A DNA stretch of 32,000 nucleotides from Gemmata obscuriglobus (GTDB lineage Bacteria; Planctomycetota; Planctomycetia; Gemmatales; Gemmataceae), in NCBI RefSeq assembly GCF_008065095.1, contig NZ_CP042911.1, positions 4,680,001 through 4,712,000 on the forward strand, given 5' to 3'. Position 1 is the first letter of the stretch. Each line of letters begins with the position of its first letter. Below the pieces are notes generated by a model. The model was given only the letters and a program-made list of their open reading frames with translations. It ran no database searches and had not been told where the DNA came from. Below, in pieces: positions 1-8,580 of this stretch. Position numbers and translations under genes: made by a program.

Positions 1-973
1 CCGCCGGGAAGTGCTCGCGAAGCTCCTCCATCTTCGCCTTCACGCGGCCGGACACCTCCAGCGCGTTCGACCCCGGGAGCTGGTAGACCGACAGCGCCAC
101 CGACGGGCGCCCGTTGAGCGTGCAGGTCTGATCGTAGGACAGCGCCCCCAGTTCGATCCGGGCCACGTCCCGCAGGTACACGAGCGTGCCCTCGGTCCCG
201 CGCTTCAAAACGATCGCCCCGAACTGCTCCGGGCTCTCCAACCGACCCAGCGTGGTCATCGTGTACTGGAACACCTGCCCGGACGGCGTCGGCTGCTGGC
301 CGATCTGCCCGGCCGCCACCTGGATGTTCTGCTCGTTGACCGCCGCGATCACGTCTTGCGGGGCCATGCCGACCGCTTGCAGCCTCTGCGGGTCCAGCCA
401 CACCCGCATGCTGTAGTCTCGCTGGCCCAGGTAGGTTACGTCGCCGACCCCCGGGATGCGCTTCAGCCCGTCGGCGATCTGGATCGTGGCGTAGTTGCTC
501 AGGAACAGGTTCGTCGCCGCCGCGTCGCCGCTCTGATCGGTCGTGAACAGGTTCACCATCATCAGGATGTTGGGCGACTTCTTCTTCACCGAGATCCCGC
601 GCCGGCGCACCAGATCGGGCAGCACGGGCTCGGCCATCGACACCCGGTTCTGCACGAGCACCTGGGCGATGTTCAGGTCCGCGCCCGGTTCGAAGGTCAC
701 GGTGAGGGTGTAGGTGCCGTCGTTGGTACACTGCGACGACATGTACAGCATCTTCTCGACGCCGTTCACCTGCTGCTCGACCGGGGACGCGACCGTGTCG
801 GCCACCACGCGGGCGTTTGCCCCGGGGTACACGGCCGAAACCTCAACCGTCGGCGGCGCGATCTCCGGGTACTGCGCGACCGGCAAAGTCGACAGCGCGA
901 TGCCCCCGGTCAGCACCACGGCGAGCGACAGGACGGCCGCGAAGATCGGCCGCCCGATGAAAAAGTGCGACAT
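1..973 (-). CDS. Efflux RND transporter permease subunit, second tandem copy; N-terminal ~324 aa only, gene runs off the left edge
   Basis: Absent from the ORF track because it has no stop in the window. My minus-strand translation from ATG 973-971 reads MSHFFIGRPIFAAVLSLAVVLTGGIALSTLPVAQYPEIAPPTVEVSAVYPGANARVVADTVASPVEQQVNGVEKMLYMSS...TVTFEPGADLNIAQVLVQNRV. This is colinear with, and clearly paralogous to, the N-terminus of the upstream RND. The start overlaps the upstream stop as TAATG. Confidence 0.9.
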   Translation of the reverse strand, partial: MSHFFIGRPIFAAVLSLAVVLTGGIALSTLPVAQYPEIAPPTVEVSAVYPGANARVVADTVASPVEQQVNGVEKMLYMSSQCTNDGTYTLTVTFEPGADLNIAQVLVQNRVSMAEPVLPDLVRRRGISVKKKSPNILMMVNLFTTDQSGDAAATNLFLSNYATIQIADGLKRIPGVGDVTYLGQRDYSMRVWLDPQRLQAVGMAPQDVIAAVNEQNIQVAAGQIGQQPTPSGQVFQYTMTTLGRLESPEQFGAIVLKRGTEGTLVYLRDVARIELGALSYDQTCTLNGRPSVALSVYQLPGSNALEVSGRVKAKMEELREHFPA

Positions 974-3900
974 TATGATGCCACCTCGGAGTGGTCGGTC
1001 GGCGCAACGGCACCGGTCCCGCGAGTTTCTGTCGGTTCGACTTCTTGTGCTTTGGGGTGGCGACGTGATTGGGGCGCCGCACTCACGCGCTTTTTGACCG
1101 CCCGAACGGTCACCCGCCCAAGGGCCAGCAGGGGACGTAGCCGGATCAGGTTCAGTCCGCCCCGCCCGAGGCGTTTCATCCACGACGCCTGAAACAGCCG
1201 CCCCTCAGCGAACCATTCGACCGCCACGAAAAACACCGGCGTGAGGAGCAGCCCGAACGCGGTCACGCCGATCATCCCGGCGAACACCGCGGTGCCCAGT
1301 GCCCGCCGCATCTCCGCCCCGGACCCGGTCGCGAACACCAGCGGCACCACCCCGAGGATGAACGCGACGGAGGTCATTACGATCGGCCGCAGGCGCAACC
1401 GGCACGCCTCGACGACGGCGGTACGCGGGGAGTTGCCGGCCGCCCGCAAGGCCCGCGCGAACTCGACTATCAGCACCGCGTTCTTGCACGCCAGCCCGAT
1501 GAGCACGACGAACCCGATCTGCGTGAACACGTTGATGTCCGACCCGGCGACCACCACCCCCGCCAGCGAACTCAGCACGCACAGCGGCACGATCGGGATC
1601 ACGGCCAGCGGCAGCGCCCAGCTCTCGTACTGCGCCGCCAATACCAGGAACACGAACAACACCGCCAGCGGGAAAATCAGCTTGTTCCAGACGTTCTTCC
1701 CGGCGTCGATCTGGATGTAGTTGATCTCGGTCCACTCGTGAGCGGTGCCCTCCGGGAACACCCGGCTCGCGAGCCGGTCGATCACCGTGATCCCGTCCCC
1801 GGAGCTGACGCCCGGCGCCGTGGAGCCCATGACCGCCGCCGCCGGGTGCATGTTGTACCGGGTGATGACGAGCGGCCCGGCCACCTCCCGGATGTCGAGT
1901 ACCGCGCCCAGCGGCACCATTCCGCCCTGGTCGTTGCGGACCCGAATCCGCTTCGCGTCGTCGATGCTGTTGCGGAACTGCCCTTCGGCCTGAACGATCA
2001 CCTGCCACGTCCGACCGAACCGGTTGAAGTCGTTCACGTACCGCGAGCCGAGGAACGCTTGCTGGGTGGCGAACACGTCGCCGACCGGCACGCCCATCGT
2101 CTGGCACTGCTGGCGGTTCACGTCCACGAACAGTTGCGGGGCGTCCGCCCGGAACGCGCTGAACACCCCGGCCAGCCGCGGGTCTTTCCGGGCCTCCGCG
2201 ATGAGCCGCTGGGTGTTCCCCTGGAGCCGGACCGGGTCGTTCTCTCCGCTCCGGTCCTCCACCATCACCTTGAACCCGCCAGCAGAGCCCAAACCGGGCA
2301 CCGCCGGCGGGGCCATGACCGTCACTTGGGCGTCCGGAAGCTGGGCGAACGCCTTACGGAGGCTGGCGCTGATCGCGTTGGCCGAGCGCGACGGATGGGT
2401 GCGCTCGTTGATCGGGTCCAGGGTGACGAGCATCGTGCCGTAGTTCGAGCCGTTCGCGCCAAGTGGCAGCGACCGGCCCGAAACCGCAACCGTGTGGGCC
2501 ACGCCCGGGGTCTCACGGGCGATCCGCGACACCTCGTCCACCACCTCCTGGGTGCGCTCGAGCGCGGCGGCGTCGGGCAACTGGATCGAGCACATCAGCC
2601 GCCCCTGGTCCTGACTCGGTATGTAGCCAGTGGGCAACTGCTCGGAGCCCCACCACGTCAGGCCCACCAGCCCGAGGTACGCGACCAGCACCAGGGGCGC
2701 CACCCGGACCGACAGCCCGACCCCGCGGGCGTACAGCCCGGTCGAGCGCACCACGCCGGTGTTGAACAACCGGAAGAACCACCCGAACAGGAAGTCGATC
2801 ACCCGGGCAGGGATGTCCTTCCGCGCCCCGGCGGGTTGCAGCAAGATGGCGCACATCGCGGGGCTGAGCGTTAGCGAGTTGAGCGCCGAGAGCGCGGTCG
2901 AAACCGCGATGGTCACCGCGAACTGGCGGAAGAACAGCCCGGTGATGCCGCCCAAAAATGCGCACGGCACGAACACCGCGACCAGCACCAGCCCGGTCGC
3001 CACCACCGGCCCCGAGACCTCGGCCATCGCTTGCCGGGTGGCCTCGCGCGGGGCCTGCCCGTGCTCAATTTTGTGCTGAACGGCTTCCACCACCACGATG
3101 GCATCGTCCACCACGATGCCGATCGCCAGCACCAGCCCGAACAGGGTCAAGGTGTTGAGGGTGAACCCGAGCGCGGCCATTGCCGCGAACGTGCCGACGA
3201 TGGCCACCGGAACCGCGGCGAGCGGGACCAGCGCGGCGCGCCAGCTCTGAAGGAACAGGAGCACCACCACCGCCACGAGGCCGATCGCTTCGAGGAGCGT
3301 TGTGACGACCCCGCGCACCGACTCCCGAATGAACGGCGTGCTGTCGTTGGCGATCGTGTAGTCGATCCCCGGAGGAAACGCCTCCTTCAGTTCCTCCATC
3401 TTCGCCCGCACCCGGTCGGCCACGTCCAGCGCGTTCGCGTCGGAGAGCTGGAACACCCCGATGTTCGCGGTGGGGCGCCCGTCGAGTTTGTCCGAGGTGT
3501 CGACGCTCTTGGCCCCGAGTTCGACCCGCCCGACGTCCTTGATGCGCACCTGGCGCCCGTCGGGCGCCCGCCGAATCACGATGTCGGCGAACTCCTCGGG
3601 CGCGGACTGCCGCCCGCGCACGTGAAGTGGGAACTCGAACGTCTGCCCGTCCGGGACCGGGGACTGTCCGACCTGCCCGGCGGCGAACGGCTGGTTCTGC
3701 TCCCGGATCGCGGCGAGCACGTCGCCCGCGGTGATGCCCATCGACGCCAGCCGGTCCGGGTCCACCCACACGCGCATGCTGTAGTCGAGGCTCCCGAACA
3801 GCCCCACGTCGCCCACGCCCTTCACACGGGCGAGTTCCTCGCGGACGTAGATCGACGAGTAGTTGCTCAGGTGGAGCTGGTCGTACTCCCCGGTCGGCGA

Positions 3901-4332
3901 GTACAGGTTGATGACCATGAGCATGTCCGGGTTGCGCTTCCGGGTGGTCACCCCGGCCTGGCGCACGACGTCCGGGAGTAGCGGGAGCGCCAGGTTCACC
4001 CGGTTCTGCACCAGCACCTGCGCGAAGTCGAGGTTCGTGCCCGGCTTGAACGTGACGGTCAGGCTGTACGACCCGTCGTTGGCCGAGTTCGAGGACATGT
4101 ACATCATGTTCTCGACCCCGTTCACCTCCTGCTCGATCGGCGCCGCGACCGCGTCGGCCACCACCTGCGCGCTGGCGCCGGGGTAGCTGGCGACGACGGT
4201 GATGTTCGGCGGGGTGATCGGCGGGTACTGGGTCATCGGCAGGTTGACGAGCGCCACCCCGCCGGCGAGCGTCACGACGAGCGACAGGACGGTGGCGAAC
4301 ACCGGCCGGTCGATGAAGAAGTAGCTCAGCAT
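973..4332 (-). CDS. Efflux RND transporter permease subunit (AcrB/HAE1-like), 1119 aa
   Basis: Full ORF with hallmark RND strings: MLSYFFIDRPVFATVLSLVV, PPNITVVASYPGASAQVV, TM4 motif AIGIVVDDAIVVVEAV, QYESWALPLAVI and LIGLACKNAVLIVEF. It has a 12-TM layout with two large periplasmic loops and a ~80-aa basic C-terminal extension. Confidence 0.95.
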   Translation of the reverse strand: MLSYFFIDRPVFATVLSLVVTLAGGVALVNLPMTQYPPITPPNITVVASYPGASAQVVADAVAAPIEQEVNGVENMMYMSSNSANDGSYSLTVTFKPGTNLDFAQVLVQNRVNLALPLLPDVVRQAGVTTRKRNPDMLMVINLYSPTGEYDQLHLSNYSSIYVREELARVKGVGDVGLFGSLDYSMRVWVDPDRLASMGITAGDVLAAIREQNQPFAAGQVGQSPVPDGQTFEFPLHVRGRQSAPEEFADIVIRRAPDGRQVRIKDVGRVELGAKSVDTSDKLDGRPTANIGVFQLSDANALDVADRVRAKMEELKEAFPPGIDYTIANDSTPFIRESVRGVVTTLLEAIGLVAVVVLLFLQSWRAALVPLAAVPVAIVGTFAAMAALGFTLNTLTLFGLVLAIGIVVDDAIVVVEAVQHKIEHGQAPREATRQAMAEVSGPVVATGLVLVAVFVPCAFLGGITGLFFRQFAVTIAVSTALSALNSLTLSPAMCAILLQPAGARKDIPARVIDFLFGWFFRLFNTGVVRSTGLYARGVGLSVRVAPLVLVAYLGLVGLTWWGSEQLPTGYIPSQDQGRLMCSIQLPDAAALERTQEVVDEVSRIARETPGVAHTVAVSGRSLPLGANGSNYGTMLVTLDPINERTHPSRSANAISASLRKAFAQLPDAQVTVMAPPAVPGLGSAGGFKVMVEDRSGENDPVRLQGNTQRLIAEARKDPRLAGVFSAFRADAPQLFVDVNRQQCQTMGVPVGDVFATQQAFLGSRYVNDFNRFGRTWQVIVQAEGQFRNSIDDAKRIRVRNDQGGMVPLGAVLDIREVAGPLVITRYNMHPAAAVMGSTAPGVSSGDGITVIDRLASRVFPEGTAHEWTEINYIQIDAGKNVWNKLIFPLAVLFVFLVLAAQYESWALPLAVIPIVPLCVLSSLAGVVVAGSDINVFTQIGFVVLIGLACKNAVLIVEFARALRAAGNSPRTAVVEACRLRLRPIVMTSVAFILGVVPLVFATGSGAEMRRALGTAVFAGMIGVTAFGLLLTPVFFVAVEWFAEGRLFQASWMKRLGRGGLNLIRLRPLLALGRVTVRAVKKRVSAAPQSRRHPKAQEVEPTETRGTGAVAPTDHSEVAS

Positions 4333-4362
4333 GTGCGCTCTCGTGCGGTACGGTCGGGGTGC

Positions 4363-5682
4363 TCACTGGCCCGGGCGGCGGCCCTTCGGACCGCCCGAGC
4401 CGCCCGAGCCGCCGGGTGCGGGGCGCGCGACCGGTGCCGGAGGCGTTTCGCCGGACGACGGGCTCCCGCCCGTCAGGCCCCCGTCGCCCTTCTTCGCGCC
4501 CGGCCCCGTGACCGGCGGCCCGCCCGGCGCCCCGCCCACTTTCGCGCGGGGCATCTCAATCACCTTGGGCGTCACCTCGGCTTTCGGGCGAATGTTCTGG
4601 AGCCCGCGCACCACCACCCGCTCGTCTCCCGTCAACCCCTTCTCGATCGCGATGAGGCCGTTCGCCCGCGGCCCGACCTCGACCGGCACCCGCGCCGCCC
4701 GGCTCTCCGCGTTGACGGTGTAGACGTACCGGCGCCCCTGGTCCGAGCCGAGCGCGGCCTCCGCCACCATCAGCACCTGGCGCGGCTCCCCGACCTGGAG
4801 CCGGACCCGAACGAACAGCCCCGGCGGCAGGTCCCGCTTCGGATTCGCGAACGTGCCCCACACCCGGAGCGTGCCGGTGTTGGGGTCCACCTTGTTGTCG
4901 GTGAACTGGAGCACCCCGGACCGCGAAAACTCTTCCGGCCGCTCGTCCGACAAGCCGAGCGAAACCGGCAGGCTGTGGGCGGAGCCGGCGGCGAGCCGCG
5001 AGCGCACCCGCAGCACGGTGCGCTCATCAATGTCGAAGTACGCGTACAGCGGGTCGAGCTGAACGAGCGAGGCGAGGACCGTGGTGTCGGCGGCGACCGT
5101 GTTACCCGGGTCCACCTGGCGCCGGCTGATCCGCCCCGCGAACGGGGCGCGGACCGTCGCCCACCGCAAGTTCTGCTCGGCCGTCTCCAGCGCGGCGGTG
5201 GCGGCCTCGACGGCCGCTAGCGAGGCGTCCCGGGCGGAGAGCGCCTGCTGGAGGTCGCTGACGCTGCCGGCGCCCTGCATGTACGTGTCGTTCAACCGCT
5301 TGTAATTGACCTCGTTGAACCTGAGTTGCGCCTTCTGCTGGTCCAGATTCCCCCGCGCCTGCCGCACCGCCAGTTCGAACGGCCGCTGCTCCAGTTGGAA
5401 CAGCGGCGCCCCGGCTTCGACTTCGTCGCCCTCCCGGAACAGCACCTTTTCCAAGTACCCGGACACACGGCAGCGGAGGTCGGCGGCCATGACGGGCTGG
5501 GTGCGGCCGGTGAACACCTCGGCGTCCGTCACCGTGCCGCGGACCGGCGCGCTGACCTCGACCTCCGTCGGGCCGGCGGGCGGGCCGCCAGGGGGACCAC
5601 CGGGCGGCCCGCCCGCCGGCTTGGAGCAGCCGGCCGCGAACGCCAGCGCAAAAACAAAGGTGAACCACGAGGCCGAGCGCAC
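4363..5682 (-). CDS. Efflux RND transporter periplasmic adaptor subunit (MFP/HlyD-like lipoprotein), 439 aa
   Basis: GTG start at 5682 preceded by GAGGAAG. Lipobox FAAGC. Adaptor strings VRAPFAGRISRRQVDPGNTV and LDPLYAYFDIDE. Gly/Pro-rich tails at both ends (GGPPGGPPGGPPAGP near the N-terminus). It lies 30 nt upstream of the RND gene on the same strand. Confidence 0.9.
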   Translation of the reverse strand: MRSASWFTFVFALAFAAGCSKPAGGPPGGPPGGPPAGPTEVEVSAPVRGTVTDAEVFTGRTQPVMAADLRCRVSGYLEKVLFREGDEVEAGAPLFQLEQRPFELAVRQARGNLDQQKAQLRFNEVNYKRLNDTYMQGAGSVSDLQQALSARDASLAAVEAATAALETAEQNLRWATVRAPFAGRISRRQVDPGNTVAADTTVLASLVQLDPLYAYFDIDERTVLRVRSRLAAGSAHSLPVSLGLSDERPEEFSRSGVLQFTDNKVDPNTGTLRVWGTFANPKRDLPPGLFVRVRLQVGEPRQVLMVAEAALGSDQGRRYVYTVNAESRAARVPVEVGPRANGLIAIEKGLTGDERVVVRGLQNIRPKAEVTPKVIEMPRAKVGGAPGGPPVTGPGAKKGDGGLTGGSPSSGETPPAPVARPAPGGSGGSGGPKGRRPGQ

Positions 5683-5781
5683 GGTGCTTCCTCAATGTGA
5701 TCGGTGGTAAGGAGGGCCAAAACCGGACCGCACGGAGCGGGTCTGAAAGTGAAGATGACGGTGTCCGGGAAATGAAGCGCG

Positions 5782-5812
5782 CCGGGCGGCCGATTCTGTG
5801 ACGGCCGCCCGG
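5782..5812 (-). terminator. GC-rich hairpin (11-bp stem, 9-nt loop) just downstream of the kinase stop
   Basis: ccgggcggccg / attctgtga / cggccgcccgg is a perfect inverted repeat. It sits 8 nt after the kinase stop at 5820. There is no clear U-tract. Confidence 0.35.
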
Positions 5813-5819
5813 CCGCTGG

Positions 5820-8018
5820 TCAGGGGGTGCGGGTGCGGGTGGAGTTGTGCAACGGGAATTGAACGCCGGCCGGAGCCGAAGCCCCCCGCATCGCCTTCCA
5901 CTTCTCGAGCTGCGCGGGGTTGAGTTGTGCGGCGATGTTGTTATTGGTCCGCTTCCACATCTCCTCAAAATCCTTCTGGCTCTCGCACCGCGTCTCGGCG
6001 GTGCTCCACAACTTGAGTGAGTCCCGCAGCGCCGCGGAGCGGATCCGGCGGATCTGGTCCCGCTGGGGGTCGACGAGCCCGAGTTCGTCCAGCACGGAGC
6101 GGCCGAAGACGTGGGGACCGGGGATCTGCAAAAAGATCTGCCGGAGCCTTTGGTACTGGGCCACGGTGAGCGTCTCTTGGACCTCCTTGCGGGCCGCCGC
6201 GGCCAGTTCGGCGATCTGCGGTTGCTGCCGCGCCTCCTGCGCGTCGCGCACCTCCGGCCCCTGCCGGTAGCTCCAGAGCCGCTGGAGCGCCGGGGCGAGC
6301 CGGGCGACCGCTTCCCGGGAGAGCCCCAGGTCGGCGCACACGACCGGCTGCTCCAGCAGCAGCAACCGGGTCACCTCGTTGAGCGCGGTCAGCTCGTCGT
6401 GCAGCCGGGCGACCCGCGCCTTGATCTCCTCCAGGCTGGCCCGCACCTGCGGGTCCGCGCGGCTGTCGCTGAGTTCCTGGTAGTACGCGATCGCCGTTTC
6501 CAGGAGCCGCACCCGGAGCCCGGTCAGCGGTAAAAAGTTGAACTGCTCCTCGTCGCTCAGCTCCACGAACATGTCCACCGCCCGGCGGGTGCGCTGGTAG
6601 TTCTGCTCGGCCTGCGTGCGCTCCTGCTCGGCCTCCTTGGCGCGCTGGCTCTCGTGCTGCTTTGCCTCCCGCTCCCTCTGGTAGGCCTGCGCGACCAGCG
6701 CCGTGCTGATCGCCAGCCCCACGGTCGCGAACAGGAACACGCCGGCGGCGACGGCCACGAGCGCCCGGTGCCGCCGCACCCACTTCGCGGTGCGGTCCCG
6801 GAACGACGGGCGGCGCGCGAGCACCGGGCGGTCGTCCAGGAACCGCTGGAGGTCGGCGGCCAGCTCCTGGGCGGTGCGGTAGCGCTCGTCGGGGGATTTC
6901 GCCAGGGCCTTGAGTACGATGGTCTCCAGCTCCACCGGGACCGACCGGTCCGCCGCCCGCGGCGGCCGGGGCTCCTTGTACGCCACCTGGTACAGCAGCG
7001 CGCGGCCGTCCTCGGCGTCGAACACCGGCGCCAGGGTGAGCAGCTCGTACAGGGTGGCCCCGAGCGAGTAGATGTCGGTCCGGTGGTCCACCACCCCGCG
7101 CTGCCCGGCGGCCTGCTCGGGGCTCATGTACCGGGCGGTGCCGAGCACCTCGCCGGTGGCGGTGAGCCCGGAGTCGTTGCGCATCTGGGCCAGCCCGAAG
7201 TCGGTCACCCACAGCCGCCCGGCGTCGTCGAGCATCAGGTTCGCGGGCTTCACGTCCCGGTGCACCACCCCGACCTGGTGGGCGTAGTCGAGCGCCTCGG
7301 CGGCCTGCTTCACCAGCCCCGCCACCCGCCGGAAGTACTGGCGGCGGCGGGACGCCCGCTCGGCCGAGACGGAGGCGCCCGCGAGCGGCGTGGCGGCGCC
7401 GGACGACTTGGCGTCCGCGTCCGCGGCCCGCAGGTCGGACAGGAGCTGCGAGAGGCTCTGGCCGTCGATGAACTGCATCGCGTAGTAGTGGACCCCGCGC
7501 TCGGCCCCGACCGCGAACACTGGCACGATGTGGGTGTGGTGCAACTGGGCGGCCGCCTGGGCCTCGTTGCGGAACCGCTGGAGGTGCCGCGGGTCCAGCG
7601 CGGACACGAACGGGAGTACCTTGAGCGCCACCCGGCGGCGCAGGGAGAGCTGCTCGGCCTCGTACACCACCCCCATCCCGCCCCGCCCCACCTCCCGGAG
7701 CAGGCGGAAATCACCGATGCTGCCGAGTTCGGCTCCCAGCGGCGGCACGTCCGGCCGGGTCGCCACGGCGCCGTCGAGTGCGGGTGCCGGACCGGTATCG
7801 CGCGACGGGTCCGGCCCGGCCACGGCGCGGAGCGGGGCGGTGATCTCTTCGAGCCGGTCCCGGGTCGCAAAAAATGCGGCCAGCTCGCGGGCGTGTTCCG
7901 GGAAGCAGGCTAACACGCGCTGGCGGTCCGGGCGCTCCCCGCGCTCGACCGCCTCGACGTACTCCACCAGGACCGCGTTCAGGCGGTCGTCGGGGTCAGC
8001 CCCCAGTGCGATCCTCAT
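5820..8018 (-). CDS. Transmembrane Ser/Thr protein kinase (Hanks-type) with coiled-coil-rich C-terminal extracytoplasmic domain
   Basis: Canonical motifs are present: GRGGMGVVYEA, VALKVL, HRDVKPANLML, DFGLA, SPE. A single TM helix (ALVAVAAGVFLFATVGLAISTALVA) is followed by ~270 aa of helical, charged sequence. The ORF track starts at 8045. I prefer ATG 8018 (MRIALGADPDD...), which still overlaps the sigma-factor stop by 23 nt. Confidence 0.9.
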   Translation of the reverse strand: MRIALGADPDDRLNAVLVEYVEAVERGERPDRQRVLACFPEHARELAAFFATRDRLEEITAPLRAVAGPDPSRDTGPAPALDGAVATRPDVPPLGAELGSIGDFRLLREVGRGGMGVVYEAEQLSLRRRVALKVLPFVSALDPRHLQRFRNEAQAAAQLHHTHIVPVFAVGAERGVHYYAMQFIDGQSLSQLLSDLRAADADAKSSGAATPLAGASVSAERASRRRQYFRRVAGLVKQAAEALDYAHQVGVVHRDVKPANLMLDDAGRLWVTDFGLAQMRNDSGLTATGEVLGTARYMSPEQAAGQRGVVDHRTDIYSLGATLYELLTLAPVFDAEDGRALLYQVAYKEPRPPRAADRSVPVELETIVLKALAKSPDERYRTAQELAADLQRFLDDRPVLARRPSFRDRTAKWVRRHRALVAVAAGVFLFATVGLAISTALVAQAYQREREAKQHESQRAKEAEQERTQAEQNYQRTRRAVDMFVELSDEEQFNFLPLTGLRVRLLETAIAYYQELSDSRADPQVRASLEEIKARVARLHDELTALNEVTRLLLLEQPVVCADLGLSREAVARLAPALQRLWSYRQGPEVRDAQEARQQPQIAELAAAARKEVQETLTVAQYQRLRQIFLQIPGPHVFGRSVLDELGLVDPQRDQIRRIRSAALRDSLKLWSTAETRCESQKDFEEMWKRTNNNIAAQLNPAQLEKWKAMRGASAPAGVQFPLHNSTRTRTP

Positions 8019-8580
8019 CACCGACGCCCTCCCCGAGCAGCTCACGCAACCGCTGGAGCCCGCGGAACACCAGCCCCATCGCCGCCGCCCTCGAGCGGCC
8101 CATCAGCTCCCCGACCTCGGCAATCTTGTAACCCCCGAGGTGGTGCAACTCGACCGCCTCCCGCTGGTCCGCCGGCAGCCGGGCGAGCGCGACCGCAAGG
8201 CGCACCAACTGCTCGTGCCGGGACGCCCGCTGGCTGGGCGACGACTGCTCGGCCGCGAGCCACTGCTCGATCCGCGAGGCCGACGCCTCCAGTCCCGCGT
8301 CGAGCGGCCGCTCTCGGCCTAGGTCTCGGGCCTTCCGGCCGTACGCCCGCAGGGCTGCGGTGAGCACGTTGGCGAGGATCACCCGGAGCCACCCGACCCA
8401 CTCCTCCTCGGTCCGCCCCCGGAACTGGTCCCGGCACGCGTGCGCCTGAAGAATCGTTTGCTGGACCGCGTCCGACGGGTCCATTTTCCCCTTCAGTTGT
8501 GGCGCCAGGTGAACTCGCGCGAGCAGACGAAGGTACTCGGCGTAAGCTTCGACCGGTCGGAGTTCGCCGTGCCCCGTCAT
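7996..8580 (-). CDS. ECF-type sigma-70 family RNA polymerase sigma factor, 194 aa
   Basis: Region 2-like DPSDAVQQTILQAH...WLRVILANV. Region 4 LPADQREAVELHHLGGYKIAEVGELMGRSRAAAMGLVFRGLQRLR (HTH). The size is typical of ECF sigma factors. Confidence 0.9.
   Translation of the reverse strand: MTGHGELRPVEAYAEYLRLLARVHLAPQLKGKMDPSDAVQQTILQAHACRDQFRGRTEEEWVGWLRVILANVLTAALRAYGRKARDLGRERPLDAGLEASASRIEQWLAAEQSSPSQRASRHEQLVRLAVALARLPADQREAVELHHLGGYKIAEVGELMGRSRAAAMGLVFRGLQRLRELLGEGVGDEDRTGG

Noticed and set aside
11-4366. Long alternative-frame and antisense ORFs over the RND genes, for example 11..1192 +, 1738..2874 +, 3031..3981 + and 3065..4366 -.
   Set aside because: They are all Arg/Pro/Gly/Asp-rich with no recognisable motifs. 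They fully overlap ORFs that carry unmistakable RND permease signatures. The same reasoning applies to 5102..5968 -, 5965..7212 -, 6654..7913 +, 12363..13757 -, 15047..16234 -, 16730..17512 -, 18139..19581 -, 19481..20503 +, 21453..22838 -, 23783..24901 -, 25246..26481 +, 28629..30641 + and 31123..31752 -.
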